This document shows, one piece after another, positions 1 through 9,427 of a DNA stretch of 32,000 nt. Below the pieces are notes generated by a model that saw nothing but the letters and a program-made list of their open reading frames with translations, did not search any database and was not told the DNA's origin. How positions within the stretch are numbered: position 1 is the stretch's first letter; each line of letters opens with the position of its first letter. The stretch comes from Candidatus Iainarchaeum sp. Lineage in GTDB: Archaea > Iainarchaeota > Iainarchaeia > Iainarchaeales > CSSED10-239. The DNA is taken from assembly GCA_037441475.1 (NCBI GenBank), contig JBBISB010000001.1:66418-98417 (forward strand), written 5' to 3'. A program made the translations under genes and the position numbers.

Positions 1-198
1 AGATAATGTGGATTTAGCTTCAATGAAGTTTGCTCTATTAACAACAGTACTTCCTTGTTTTTTGTAATTATTTATTCTATCTATAGAATCTTCCTTAAAC
101 TCACTCTTATGGTTACAAGAAAGACATTGATGTTTCTTTTCTGCAGGTATGTATTTTACATTTAATGAAAAGCAGTTTGAACAGTATTTATATAACAT
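1..198 (-). CDS. Zinc-ribbon protein, N-terminal part only (ORF runs off the left edge)
   Basis: Minus-strand ATG at 198 opens 66 codons with no stop to position 1: MLYKYCSNCFSLNVKYIPAEKKHQCLSCNHKSEFKEDSIDRINNYKKQGSTVVNRANFIEAKSTLS. Two CxxC pairs (CSNC, CLSC) form a zinc ribbon. Absent from the ORF track because it is truncated. Confidence 0.35.
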   Translation of the reverse strand, partial: MLYKYCSNCFSLNVKYIPAEKKHQCLSCNHKSEFKEDSIDRINNYKKQGSTVVNRANFIEAKSTLS

Positions 199-419
199 TT
201 TATATCACGACCTATTTACCTATATCTAATATCACAATTGATTTTTCTTTTAAGTTTAAAAGTAATAGAAGATATAGTTAGAAATCTTTAAAAAGATATT
301 GGTCACTAAAAGTTAACTATATTTACTTAATATCGATTTTGATTCTAAATAGGCTTCATCTATAATTAATTGAAGTGTTTTATTACTTTTATCTTTAAGT
401 GGTTTTTTAATAGGTTGAA

Positions 420-1147
420 TTAATATTGCTTTTTTTTTGTAGTTATTTTTTTTATTTTTTCATTAAAGAAGGTTTTTTGCGACGAAGCAATATATTGTTT
501 AATTACATTAGATATACTTATTTTTTCTTCAATAAAGTTTAAATTTCTCATACTAGTGTCTACAATTATTATGTATTTATAATTATTAATGTCTTTAATT
601 TGAAATGGACTAAAAGGGCCTATATCTACTAATAGATAATCTTTAAGTTTATATGGTGGGAAGATGCCTGGAATTGAAATACTTGAAAAAATAGCATCGT
701 AGAGGGTTATCTTCCTAGGATATATTAAAATTTTATTTTTGTCTTTAAGACCTTTATTTGTAAATATTAATTCTTTTCCTGATTTAAGATCTAATGTGTT
801 AATTTGCAAGTTAATTTTTAATTTATCAAAGGTAGTATTTTTTAAAGAATTTTTAATTGTTTTTTTTATCTTATTATTATTAAAAATACTTTCATTATTT
901 AAATTTATATCAAAAAAGTTAAATAATTTTAGATCTAGTCCTTCTGTTTTTAATATCATTTTATCTGGACTTTGACCAGTTGCAATTAAAGAAGCTGTGA
1001 TTGAACCAAAGGAGGTTCCTTTAACAGATGTAATTTTTAGGTTATTTTTTTTATAAATTCATCAATAGCTTTATAAACTCCAAATTGAGCATATCCTCTT
1101 GCTTCTCCACCACTAAATATTATGGCAATTTCATTTTTATGATTCAT
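420..1147 (-). pseudogene. Patatin-like phospholipase, interrupted by one frameshift in an A8 run
   Basis: ATG at 1147 gives MNHKNEIAIIFSGGEARGYAQFGVYKAIDEFIKK (patatin GGxRG motif). The frame is lost inside a coding-strand A8 run (T8 at 1045-1052). It resumes one frame over as NNLKITSVKGTSFGSITASLIATGQSPDK (GxSxG serine motif GTSFG), running directly into track ORF 420..959. Confidence 0.75.
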
Positions 1148-1259
1148 ATTTTATACCTTTTATAATAAATTAATGTTTAAAAACATTTATTAAAGTTTTC
1201 ATCTATATATCTTTAAGATCATAGAAATATGTTCTTTATATATTAAACGTGATAATAAG

Positions 1260-2450
1260 ATGGAACTGAATGAAAAGAATTTAGGCGTAATTGCTTTTGG
1301 TGTTAAAACAGGAATTATTACTTTCAAAGATGATATTGTAGAGGTTGTAAAAAACTCCTTTAAAAAAGAAAAAGACTTAGTAAAGGATGGAGATATTGTT
1401 TGTATAACAGAGGCTGTTGTTGCAATTACTCAACATAACTATGTTTATTTAGATGATATTTCTCAAGAGATTAAAAAGAAACTTAAACTTAAAGAAAAAT
1501 CTACAATCGGAGTAATCTACCCTATTCTTTCAAGAAATAGATTTTCAATGATATTAAAGGGAATATCAAAAGCAGCATCTAAGGGTAAGATAATTATACA
1601 ACTAAAGTTTCCTGATGATGAACAAGGAAATCCTATTATTGACCATAAGATGCTTAAAAAATTAAATAAAATTAATGAAGACATAATAACAACTAAAGAT
1701 ATTGGAAAGAATAGATTCTTACATCCTGAAACTGGTCTTGACTATATTGCTTTTTATGAATCAATTGTTAAGCAGCAAGGCCTAGATGTTGAAGTTTATT
1801 TAGCAAACTCAACAAAGTTTTTAATAGATAAAAAACCAGATGCAATAATTGTGTCAAATGTACATCATAGAAACGATACTATTTCTTCAATAAAGAGAAG
1901 AGGGTATAAGAATGTAATAACTTTACAAGACATCTGTTCAGATTCTTCAAAAAAAGCATACTCTGAGTATGGTTTATTAGGTTCAAATATTTTAGATCCT
2001 GAAAATGAAAAAATAAAACTTGCACCAAGAGAAGGAGATAAAGTCTGCCTTAAGGTACAAAAGATGATTAAAAAAGAATTTAATAAAAATGTTGAAGTGG
2101 TTATCTACGGAGATGGTGCTTACAAAGACCCTGAGTCAGGTATCTATGAACTTGCAGACCCTGTTTCTGCCTTTGGAGTGACACCAGGTATTAAAAATAA
2201 AAACAGAGTTGGGGTTAAAACAAAATATTTAATGCAGAAACTTTTCAATGAAGGTAAAAGTAAAGAAGAAATATTAACAATTATTGAAAAAGAAAAGAAA
2301 AAGTTTATTGAAGACAAAAAGAAAGATGCTTTTTCAGCTCAAGGAACAACTCCTAGAAAAATAGAAAACTTAGTTTCTTCTTTAGCAGACTTAGTCTCTG
2401 GTTCAGCTGATTCAAATACTCCTGTTGTTGTGGTTAGAGGCTTTATATAA
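1260..2450 (+). CDS. CofE-like protein (F420-0:gamma-glutamyl ligase fold family), extended form
   Basis: Track ORF, 396 aa. KDGDIVCITEAVVAITQ near the N-terminus and VVIYGDGAYKD ... LADLVSGSADSNTPVVVVRGF at the C-terminus match remembered CofE motifs (DGDVLVV.S..VSKAEG; ADE.AA.A.L.MG....G.P.V.VRG). About 140 aa longer than canonical CofE. Confidence 0.6.
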   Translation: MELNEKNLGVIAFGVKTGIITFKDDIVEVVKNSFKKEKDLVKDGDIVCITEAVVAITQHNYVYLDDISQEIKKKLKLKEKSTIGVIYPILSRNRFSMILKGISKAASKGKIIIQLKFPDDEQGNPIIDHKMLKKLNKINEDIITTKDIGKNRFLHPETGLDYIAFYESIVKQQGLDVEVYLANSTKFLIDKKPDAIIVSNVHHRNDTISSIKRRGYKNVITLQDICSDSSKKAYSEYGLLGSNILDPENEKIKLAPREGDKVCLKVQKMIKKEFNKNVEVVIYGDGAYKDPESGIYELADPVSAFGVTPGIKNKNRVGVKTKYLMQKLFNEGKSKEEILTIIEKEKKKFIEDKKKDAFSAQGTTPRKIENLVSSLADLVSGSADSNTPVVVVRGFI

Positions 2451-2459
2451 TGATTAAAT

Positions 2460-3197
2460 ATGGGTGAGGTTTTATCTAATCTTTTATCTATAAAACCAGA
2501 AGAAGGGTTTAGTTTTAGAAGTAAAATGTCTTGGACCTTTGCTGATGGCTATAAGATTAAAAGAGGTATTAACTCACCGATTGTTGTTCTTTATTATAAA
2601 CAAAATCCAATAGGGCTATTAAGTTTCACTCATTCATACTTAAATAAAGAGATTAAGATTAACTTTATACAGGGGGTTAAGCAAGTTGACCCTACAATTA
2701 ATTTAAATAAATTTAATAAAAACTGGTACGAGTATATTTTAGACTCCTTTATAGCTGCTTCTTTACCTTTACTTTCTAAGGGAAAAAACATTTCTTTTAA
2801 GTCTTTTGTTCAAGAAAAGAGTTTTATGTTAAGCTCTATTAAGACCAGAAAAATATTAATTTTAGATAATAAAGCAAGGATAGAAAATTTTGAAAATAAA
2901 ATAAAGGCATTAACAAAATTACCTACTCCAAAAAATTTAGAGTATTTTAGGGCTTATCAAAATAATATTTCTGATCTTAAAAAAGAAAATGTATATTATG
3001 AAAAAGTAATTACAACCATGACATCAATACTTAGAATAAATGGAACTATTCAAGATAAGTACTTTAATAAAGAAGGAAAGTTAAATCCACAAAAAGAAAG
3101 AGTAAAAAGAATAATTACTAATTATGAAAACAGTATTAAACATTCAAAAGCAGTATCTACTATCTTAAAAATAAGAAAAAGAATTAAGCCTAGATAA
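2460..3197 (+). CDS. Hypothetical protein, member of a two-copy family in this window (QGVK motif, basic C-terminal tail)
   Basis: Track ORF, 245 aa. The core YYKQNPIGLLSFTHSYLNKEIKINFIQGVKQ...NKNWYEYILDSFI aligns with 17475..18266 (FYKNEIIANFNFLFSFEKSDPTLRLKYMQGVKGK...NQDWMSKVITFI). No family recognised. Confidence 0.6.
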   Translation: MGEVLSNLLSIKPEEGFSFRSKMSWTFADGYKIKRGINSPIVVLYYKQNPIGLLSFTHSYLNKEIKINFIQGVKQVDPTINLNKFNKNWYEYILDSFIAASLPLLSKGKNISFKSFVQEKSFMLSSIKTRKILILDNKARIENFENKIKALTKLPTPKNLEYFRAYQNNISDLKKENVYYEKVITTMTSILRINGTIQDKYFNKEGKLNPQKERVKRIITNYENSIKHSKAVSTILKIRKRIKPR

Positions 3198-4365
3198 TCT
3201 CTTTATCAGGCAAAACTAAGTTTAAGATAATTCCTACTACAGAAGCAAGACCTACACTTGCTAAGGTAAATGTTCCTGCTGAAATTACAGCTCCACCAAC
3301 ACCAATAACAAGCATTACACCTACAACCACCATATTTTTTGTTTTATTAAGGTTAGTTGTGGAGTCTGTAATTGATTTAATACCAACAACTGTTATCATT
3401 CCAAACAATATTAACATTGTTCCTCCTAAGATGGAATCTGGAATTGTTTGAAGAAAAGCACTTATTTTTCCAATAAATGCAAAACAGATGGCTGTAACTG
3501 CAGCTATTCTTAGGATAACAGGATCTTTTAATTTTGTTAAAACAATGGCCCCAGTTACCTCTGAGTAAGTGGTGTTTGGTGGGCCTCCAAAGAAAGCAGC
3601 TAAGATGGTTGTAAGTCCATCTCCAAGCATTGTTCTTTGTATACCTGGTTTTTTAATAAAGTTATTCCTAGTTGCTTTACTTATAGCATACATATCCCCT
3701 ATATGTTCAATCATTGGAGCTATTGCTACTGGAAGAATAAATAATATTGCACCCCAACTAAAGGTTGGAAAAATAAACTGAGGAACTTCAATCCATCTTG
3801 CATTTGCAATAGGAGAAAAATCAACTAACCCTAAGATGATTGCTAGGATATATGTTATTATAATACTTCCGATTATAGGAAGAAGCTTAATTGTTCTTTT
3901 ACCAAAAATAACAATAGCTATTGCCACAAGTAAGGTAATTGTTGCTAAAAACCAATTGTGGGATGACATGTTAACAGCTGTTGTTGATAATGATAAACCA
4001 ATAATCATTATTACTGGACCTACAACTATTGGTGGAAATAATTTTTGAATAAACAGAATTCCTTTTTTTCTAATTATAAAAGAAACAATAATAGAGACTA
4101 AACCAACTGCTATTAGACCACTTAAGGCCCCTGAATAACCATACATGGCTGTAGCTGCTATTATTGGTACTATAAAGATAAATGAACTACCTAAGAAAAC
4201 TGGAACTACTCCTCCTGTTATCAAGTGAAAAGCTAAGGTTCCTAAACCAGCTGTGAATAATGCTATTGCTGGGTTAATACCAATTAATAGGGGGACAAGA
4301 ACAGTTGCTCCGAAGGCAACAAACAACATCTGCATACCAAGTATTGTTTTTTTAGCAAATGGCAT
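3190..4365 (-). CDS. uraA: Uracil permease (NCS2 / nucleobase:cation symporter-2 family)
   Basis: 391 aa, polytopic. MLFVAFGATVLVPLLIGINPA...VPVFLGSSFIFIVPI...IEHIGD...GGPPNTTYSEVTGAI aligns along its length with E. coli UraA motifs (FAMFGATVLVPVL, YLGSSFAFISP, AEHVGH, GSTPNTTYGENIG). Confidence 0.9.
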   Translation of the reverse strand: MPFAKKTILGMQMLFVAFGATVLVPLLIGINPAIALFTAGLGTLAFHLITGGVVPVFLGSSFIFIVPIIAATAMYGYSGALSGLIAVGLVSIIVSFIIRKKGILFIQKLFPPIVVGPVIMIIGLSLSTTAVNMSSHNWFLATITLLVAIAIVIFGKRTIKLLPIIGSIIITYILAIILGLVDFSPIANARWIEVPQFIFPTFSWGAILFILPVAIAPMIEHIGDMYAISKATRNNFIKKPGIQRTMLGDGLTTILAAFFGGPPNTTYSEVTGAIVLTKLKDPVILRIAAVTAICFAFIGKISAFLQTIPDSILGGTMLILFGMITVVGIKSITDSTTNLNKTKNMVVVGVMLVIGVGGAVISAGTFTLASVGLASVVGIILNLVLPDKEII

Positions 4366-4520
4366 TTTTTCATCAGTTGTTTTTTCTTCAACTTTAGTTA
4401 TTTTTTTACTTATAGTATTTTCTTTTTTTATGAATGATCACTCTAATAAATTTTCTAAAAATATTTATTTAAATTTTATATATGTAAAGAACAAATAATT
4501 TATATATGGTTAGGTTCAAA

Positions 4521-4958
4521 CTATTTTTTTAGTTTTTCTATGGCCTTATAGAGGCTTTCATCTTTTACCTTATATTTTCTGATATCCTTTACATCTACCC
4601 ATTTATACTCTTTATGTTCCTCTGAAAGTTTCATTTTTTTAATATCACTTATAATTTCACAAACGTAGTTAATAACCTTTCTTTCTTTTCCTTTAAGGGT
4701 AATAAAAGACCATTCCTCTTGTTTACTTAATATTCTTATATCAACATTAAGTTCTTCCTTAACTTCTCTCTTTAAGGCTCTCATCTCAGTTTCATCTTTA
4801 TCAATCCCTCCACCAGGAAGGTCCCAGATATCTTTTTTATCTAGAAACTTAAATAACTTAAATTCTGAGATTACTTTTTTTCTCTCATAGAGGGGAGTTC
4901 TTTTTAAAAGAAGAATCTTTCCTTCTTTGTTTAAAATAATTGCTTTTACTGCTTTCAT
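4521..4958 (-). CDS. NUDIX hydrolase
   Basis: 145 aa with a Nudix box GGGIDKDETEMRALKREVKEELNV (Gx5Ex7REUxEExGU). Confidence 0.85.
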   Translation of the reverse strand: MKAVKAIILNKEGKILLLKRTPLYERKKVISEFKLFKFLDKKDIWDLPGGGIDKDETEMRALKREVKEELNVDIRILSKQEEWSFITLKGKERKVINYVCEIISDIKKMKLSEEHKEYKWVDVKDIRKYKVKDESLYKAIEKLKK

Positions 4959-4994
4959 ACCTTCTCACTATTAAAAATATTTTTTAAAAAATAA

Positions 4995-6218
4995 CTATTG
5001 AAAAGTATACACCTTATCATTTTTAGAAGGAGTTTTTTCACCAAGAATCTTAATTGCAACAACCTCTCCTTTCTTTGCATGCTTTAAAGGTGTTAAAAAA
5101 TCTTTTTGTATGCTTGTAACCTTCTGTTCAATAGTTCCTGTTCTATCTCCAATGATTAGGATGTTATCATTTATTTTTAAATCAGCAACTTCTAATTTTA
5201 CTTCAAAGACATTAATTTTTTTAAAAACATTTGTAACTTTACCTATATATGTTTTTTTAGTTTTAGATTTATTACCATAAACATCTGTCCAAGCATTTAT
5301 TGGTTTTCCATGATAAAAGCCATCTGAAAAACCTCTATTATAAACAGTATCAAGTTTTTTATAAAGCTCTTCTTTCTTCTTTAAAGTAAGTTTTTTTAAA
5401 AAATAAAGATCAATTGCTTCTCTATAACACTCAGTTACAATCTTAACATACTCAGCACCCTTTATCCTTCCCTCTATCTTAAAGACATTAATTCTTGCTT
5501 TTATTAATTGATCTATGAAAAGAATTGTGTTCATATCCTTTGGACTTAAAACATAGTTGTTATGTACTTCAAGTTCCTTTCTTGTTTCTGGGTCTAGAAT
5601 AATGTATTTTCTTCTACATGGTTGTATGCATTTGCCTCTGTTTGCAGAAGTCTTATTTCCATAAAGAAACTCAGACATAAAACATCTTCCACTTACAGAA
5701 ACACACATAGCACCATGAACAAAGGTTTCAATCTCTATTGAAGGATCTATTTTTTTAGAATCCCTTACAATCTTTTGAATATCTTTTAATGTTAATTCTC
5801 TTGCAAGAACAAATCTTCTTACCCCTAAATCATAGTATTGCTTTATTGCCTCTATGTTTGAAACACTTGCCTGTGTGCTTAAATGAATTGGAAGTTTATA
5901 TTCTTTTGCAAGTTTAATTACAGCTAAATCCCAGGCAATTATACCATCTATCTTATACTCTTTTGCCTTTTGTAATATTTTTTTAACCTTTAATATCTCA
6001 CTATTAAAGATGATTGTGTTTAAGGTTAAGTAAACTTCAACTTTTCTTTCATGAGCATACTTTACAACTTTAAAAAGTTCTGTTAAAGTAAAGTTTTTAG
6101 CTCTCTCCCTCATGTTAATACCTTTTATACCTAAGTATACAGCATCACATCCAGCATCAATAGCTGAAACAAGCATATCCCAAGAGCCCACTGGGCTTAA
6201 AATAATTGGTTTTTTCAT
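4995..6218 (-). CDS. Peptidase U32 family protein (collagenase-like / RNA hydroxylation-associated family)
   Basis: 407 aa. The N-terminal KPIILSPVGSWDMLVSAIDAGCDAVYLG, E.FVHGAMCVSVSGRC and the KIEGR motif are typical of the U32 family. Confidence 0.85.
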   Translation of the reverse strand: MKKPIILSPVGSWDMLVSAIDAGCDAVYLGIKGINMRERAKNFTLTELFKVVKYAHERKVEVYLTLNTIIFNSEILKVKKILQKAKEYKIDGIIAWDLAVIKLAKEYKLPIHLSTQASVSNIEAIKQYYDLGVRRFVLARELTLKDIQKIVRDSKKIDPSIEIETFVHGAMCVSVSGRCFMSEFLYGNKTSANRGKCIQPCRRKYIILDPETRKELEVHNNYVLSPKDMNTILFIDQLIKARINVFKIEGRIKGAEYVKIVTECYREAIDLYFLKKLTLKKKEELYKKLDTVYNRGFSDGFYHGKPINAWTDVYGNKSKTKKTYIGKVTNVFKKINVFEVKLEVADLKINDNILIIGDRTGTIEQKVTSIQKDFLTPLKHAKKGEVVAIKILGEKTPSKNDKVYTFQ

Positions 6219-6306
6219 ATTTATTCATTTTTTAAGTTAAAAGATAATCTTTTAAATACTTTAGATTACTTTTATATATATAAATTAATACAGGAGAGTT
6301 TTTAAA

Positions 6307-6840
6307 ATGTTAAGTGGAGAAATGTTAGTTGCAAATTTTTTAGGTTTTGGAGCTTTTGTTTTATACACAGTTTTTATAGCTTTATTAATAGCATTAATTG
6401 TCTTTTTATATAAAGCTTATGCACTTTTTACAATTGCAAAAAAACTTGGTTCAAAACATGCATACCTTGCTTGGATACCTATAGCACAATTTTTCCTTTA
6501 TCCTTTATTAGCAGATGAAAAATGGGAATGGGGGCTTATTGCTATGTTACCTATAGCCTTACCTTTTTTATTCCTTCCTTTCGCTATTATACCGTTTGTT
6601 AATTTGTTCTTATTGCTTTTAATAATCATTGGTGTGGTTACATTATATGCTTTTAGAACATACTGGATATGGAAAATATTTGAAAAAAGAAATTATCATG
6701 GAGCATTAAGTCTTTTAACTTTAATAAATGTTGCATGTTTAATAATTTTAGGTATTGTTGCATGGAGAGATAATAAAGTTGTTAAAGAAAAAGTTAAACC
6801 TTCTTTTAAAAAAAAGCTATTTCTAAACCTAAAAAAGTAG
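6307..6840 (+). CDS. Hypothetical integral membrane protein
   Basis: 177 aa with about 5 hydrophobic segments. The C-terminus follows an A8 run (6808-6815) after which an alternative frame encodes a lysine-rich tail, so the true 3' end is uncertain. Confidence 0.55.
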   Translation: MLSGEMLVANFLGFGAFVLYTVFIALLIALIVFLYKAYALFTIAKKLGSKHAYLAWIPIAQFFLYPLLADEKWEWGLIAMLPIALPFLFLPFAIIPFVNLFLLLLIIIGVVTLYAFRTYWIWKIFEKRNYHGALSLLTLINVACLIILGIVAWRDNKVVKEKVKPSFKKKLFLNLKK

Positions 6841-6857
6841 TTAAGAAAATTGTTAAG

Positions 6858-6891
6858 AAAAAGATAAAAAAATAATTTTATCTTTTTTTTT
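6858..6891. terminator. Hairpin plus flanking A/T runs between convergent genes (possible bidirectional terminator)
   Basis: A perfect 10-bp stem, aaagataaaa (6860-6869) with ttttatcttt (6876-6885), and a 6-nt loop. It is followed by a T run and preceded by an A run, between the stops of 6307..6840(+) and 6890..7897(-). Confidence 0.35.
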
Positions 6892-7897
6892 ATTTATTTT
6901 GATCCAAGTATTCTTCTTTAAACATCCTAAAGGTTAGGATAAAGAAAGATATTATTAAAGGACCTATAACTATACCTACAAAACCAAAAGCAGAAATACC
7001 TATAAAGATACCTAAGATAGAAACAAGTGGATGAAGGTCACCTATCTTTCTTTGTAAGTAAGGTCTTATAAAAAATTCAGAGTAGTTGATTACTAAACCT
7101 AAAACAACTATTGCTATGGTTGTAAAGTAGTCTTCTCTTATTAAAAATATAAATGCGTATGGAATCCATATTAAAGGCACACCCAGGATTGGAAGGAAGG
7201 AAAGAACTGCTGCAAGAAGACCCCAAAAGACAGCACCGTTAATGCCTAAAGCCCAAAAACCAAGACCTAAAAGAAAACCCTGGAACAAGGCAAGAAGACC
7301 AGTGGTTATTAATGTTGAGTAAGTTACATTCTTAAACTCTCTTGCTAAGATGATTGAGTTTTTAGCACTAAAAGGAAGATATTCTTTTAAAACAGAATAA
7401 AGTTCATTATGATATAATAAAAGATAGAAAAGTAAAAAGTACATTATTATTAAAGTTACAACAGCTTTAACAATATTGTTTATACTTCTAAACAAAACAT
7501 CTGCAGTCCAGTTTGTGAGGTTTGGAATATAACTATTAATTGTGTATGCTATGTTAAGACCAGGATGTTTAGCTTCAAAAGCTTCTAGTTGAGATATTAA
7601 GATGTCCTTTTGAGAGGTAAGTTCATTTATTTGATTGTATGATTTCATTACTACAAAGTAACTTGGTATTATTACTATTAATAAGGTTATAATTATTATT
7701 ATTATTGCAGATAAATTTTTATTTAATTTAAGTTTATTTGTAAAAAACTTATGAAGAGGTAAGAAGAGAGCAAAAAGAATGAATGCACCTAAAAGACCGT
7801 TTACATACTGCCATAGGTAGATAACAATGAAAATAAAAAGTATTATTAAAATAGACATGGCAATGTATTTATTAAAGTCCTTATATGTGTTTATCAT
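6890..7897 (-). CDS. AI-2E family transporter (PerM/UPF0118-like permease)
   Basis: 335 aa, about 8 TM. The block GLLALFQGFLLGLGFWALGINGAVFWGLLAAVLSFLPILGVPLIWIPYAF matches the conserved AI-2E core pattern. Confidence 0.75.
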   Translation of the reverse strand: MINTYKDFNKYIAMSILIILFIFIVIYLWQYVNGLLGAFILFALFLPLHKFFTNKLKLNKNLSAIIIIIITLLIVIIPSYFVVMKSYNQINELTSQKDILISQLEAFEAKHPGLNIAYTINSYIPNLTNWTADVLFRSINNIVKAVVTLIIMYFLLFYLLLYHNELYSVLKEYLPFSAKNSIILAREFKNVTYSTLITTGLLALFQGFLLGLGFWALGINGAVFWGLLAAVLSFLPILGVPLIWIPYAFIFLIREDYFTTIAIVVLGLVINYSEFFIRPYLQRKIGDLHPLVSILGIFIGISAFGFVGIVIGPLIISFFILTFRMFKEEYLDQNK

Positions 7898-8012
7898 TTT
7901 AAATCTTATTTTTTAGTTTTTTTAATTAAAACATTAATATACATATATATACTACGATTAGTATAAATACTTTTTTATTTAAAAATATTTTCTTTTTTTA
8001 AAAAGAAGGAAG

Positions 8013-8567
8013 TTAATAGATGTAAGGTATTAACTTTTTACTTGTTTTCTTATATTTCTTAAAATCTGGAAACCTTTTGTCCAAATATCTTTCCTCAGAT
8101 TCAACCTTATAAATAATTGTTAGAATAACAACCAAAAATAGATAAAAGAAAAGATTTTTTGAAAAAAGAATTAATATTCCTGAAGCTAAAAAAACACCTG
8201 ATAAGTATATTGGGTGTCTTATGTTTCTGTATATGCCTTTTGTAACTAGATATTTTTCTTTACCTGTCTGAGGATAATAGTTTTCTTTTAAAGCTATGAT
8301 TCCCTGGTATTCAATTACTCCAGAAAGGATTATAAGTATTATACCTATACTGTCAACTAATGATAAGGAAAATAAACCTGTGAAAAAAACGTAGTTTATA
8401 AGAGATATTAAAAGTACTATGTAAAAAACAGTTATGTAAAAGGAAGTTGGAAAATCAGTTTTAAACATATTAATAGTTTCTTTAGTTAAGTTCAAGTGTT
8501 TTGTTTTCTTATACACAAGGAAGTAATAAACTAAAGTGTAAATTGTTAAAAATAATAATCCATACAT
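8013..8567 (-). CDS. Isoprenylcysteine carboxyl methyltransferase (ICMT)/phospholipid methyltransferase family membrane protein
   Basis: 184 aa, multi-TM. The C-terminal GIYRNIRHPIYLSGVFLASG...EERYL motif is characteristic of the ICMT/PEMT family. Confidence 0.8.
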   Translation of the reverse strand: MYGLLFLTIYTLVYYFLVYKKTKHLNLTKETINMFKTDFPTSFYITVFYIVLLISLINYVFFTGLFSLSLVDSIGIILIILSGVIEYQGIIALKENYYPQTGKEKYLVTKGIYRNIRHPIYLSGVFLASGILILFSKNLFFYLFLVVILTIIYKVESEERYLDKRFPDFKKYKKTSKKLIPYIY

Positions 8568-8636
8568 TTTTTGATCACATTAATTATCTTGTTGTAAAGT
8601 ATATTTATTTGTTTTGATATTTTTTAAAAATTATTT

Positions 8637-8999
8637 TTAATGATGGAAAAGAAGTTTTCTTATTGTTATTACAACAATTGGTATTAAGATATAAACTAAA
8701 GCGTTTGAAGAAGGTATTAAATTTAAGAAAACCATGGCGTATATACCTATTACCCATCCAGCTACATAGAAAGCAGTAAACTTTTTATAACTTATAAAAC
8801 TATGATAAAAACTAAAACATAAGATAAAAACCATTAGAAGTTGTTCATTTGTAATCCAGGAGACTCCAAAGACAATATCTAAAAATCTACTTATTATTAA
8901 TAAAGAAAAAGAAAGTATTAATCCTTTTAAAGCTTTTAAAAAAATATCAGTAACTCCAGAGAACACATACTCTATGTCTTGAATAATCTCTGAAGTCAT
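8637..8999 (-). CDS. Hypothetical membrane protein
   Basis: Track ORF, 120 aa, 3-4 hydrophobic helices. No recognisable motif. Confidence 0.5.
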   Translation of the reverse strand: MTSEIIQDIEYVFSGVTDIFLKALKGLILSFSLLIISRFLDIVFGVSWITNEQLLMVFILCFSFYHSFISYKKFTAFYVAGWVIGIYAMVFLNLIPSSNALVYILIPIVVITIRKLLFHH

Positions 9000-9014
9000 A
9001 TTTTTCTAATTTTT

Positions 9015-9323
9015 TTATTTCTGGATTAATGGTCTTTTTTTATAAACTGGTTTTTTTAAAGTAAACTTATTTTCTGAAACTTCTTTATGATTTGCTAAAA
9101 CAACTCCAAAGATTATTCCTGAAAAGACTAAAGTTATGATGTTTAAAAAAGCCACATCTATATTTTTTGTCATAAAACCATCAATTACTAAAGATAAAAC
9201 ACCTATAGAATAGAAAAAGACAAACCATAAGCTAATGTTCTTTCCTTTATTCCATACTTCTAAAAGTTGTAATATCCAAGCAAAAATAATTAATGTAAAT
9301 CCTAACATTACCCAAAATTGCAT
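9015..9323 (-). CDS. Hypothetical small 3-TM membrane protein
   Basis: Track ORF, 102 aa, three TM helices then a basic tail (KKPVYKKRPLIQK). No confident family. Confidence 0.5.
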   Translation of the reverse strand: MQFWVMLGFTLIIFAWILQLLEVWNKGKNISLWFVFFYSIGVLSLVIDGFMTKNIDVAFLNIITLVFSGIIFGVVLANHKEVSENKFTLKKPVYKKRPLIQK

Positions 9324-9427
9324 TTTTCATCCCTCTTTATAATTATTTTATACAAATATAAATTAAATAAGAGGAAAGAATTTATAAACATTTGTTTTTT
9401 TACTAAAAACTGTTTTTTATATAAAAA

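Noticed and set aside
3569-4498. Three plus-strand track ORFs (3569..3781, 3836..4048, 4253..4498)
   Set aside because: They lie entirely or largely antisense to the well-supported uracil permease gene, so they are shadow ORFs with no motifs.
6808-6815. A possible further A8 frameshift at the 3' end of ORF 6307..6840
   Set aside because: Both the annotated frame (KKKLFLNLKK*) and the alternative (KKAISKPKKVVKKIVKKKIKK*) are open and plausible. With no homolog to anchor the C-terminus, it cannot be called.
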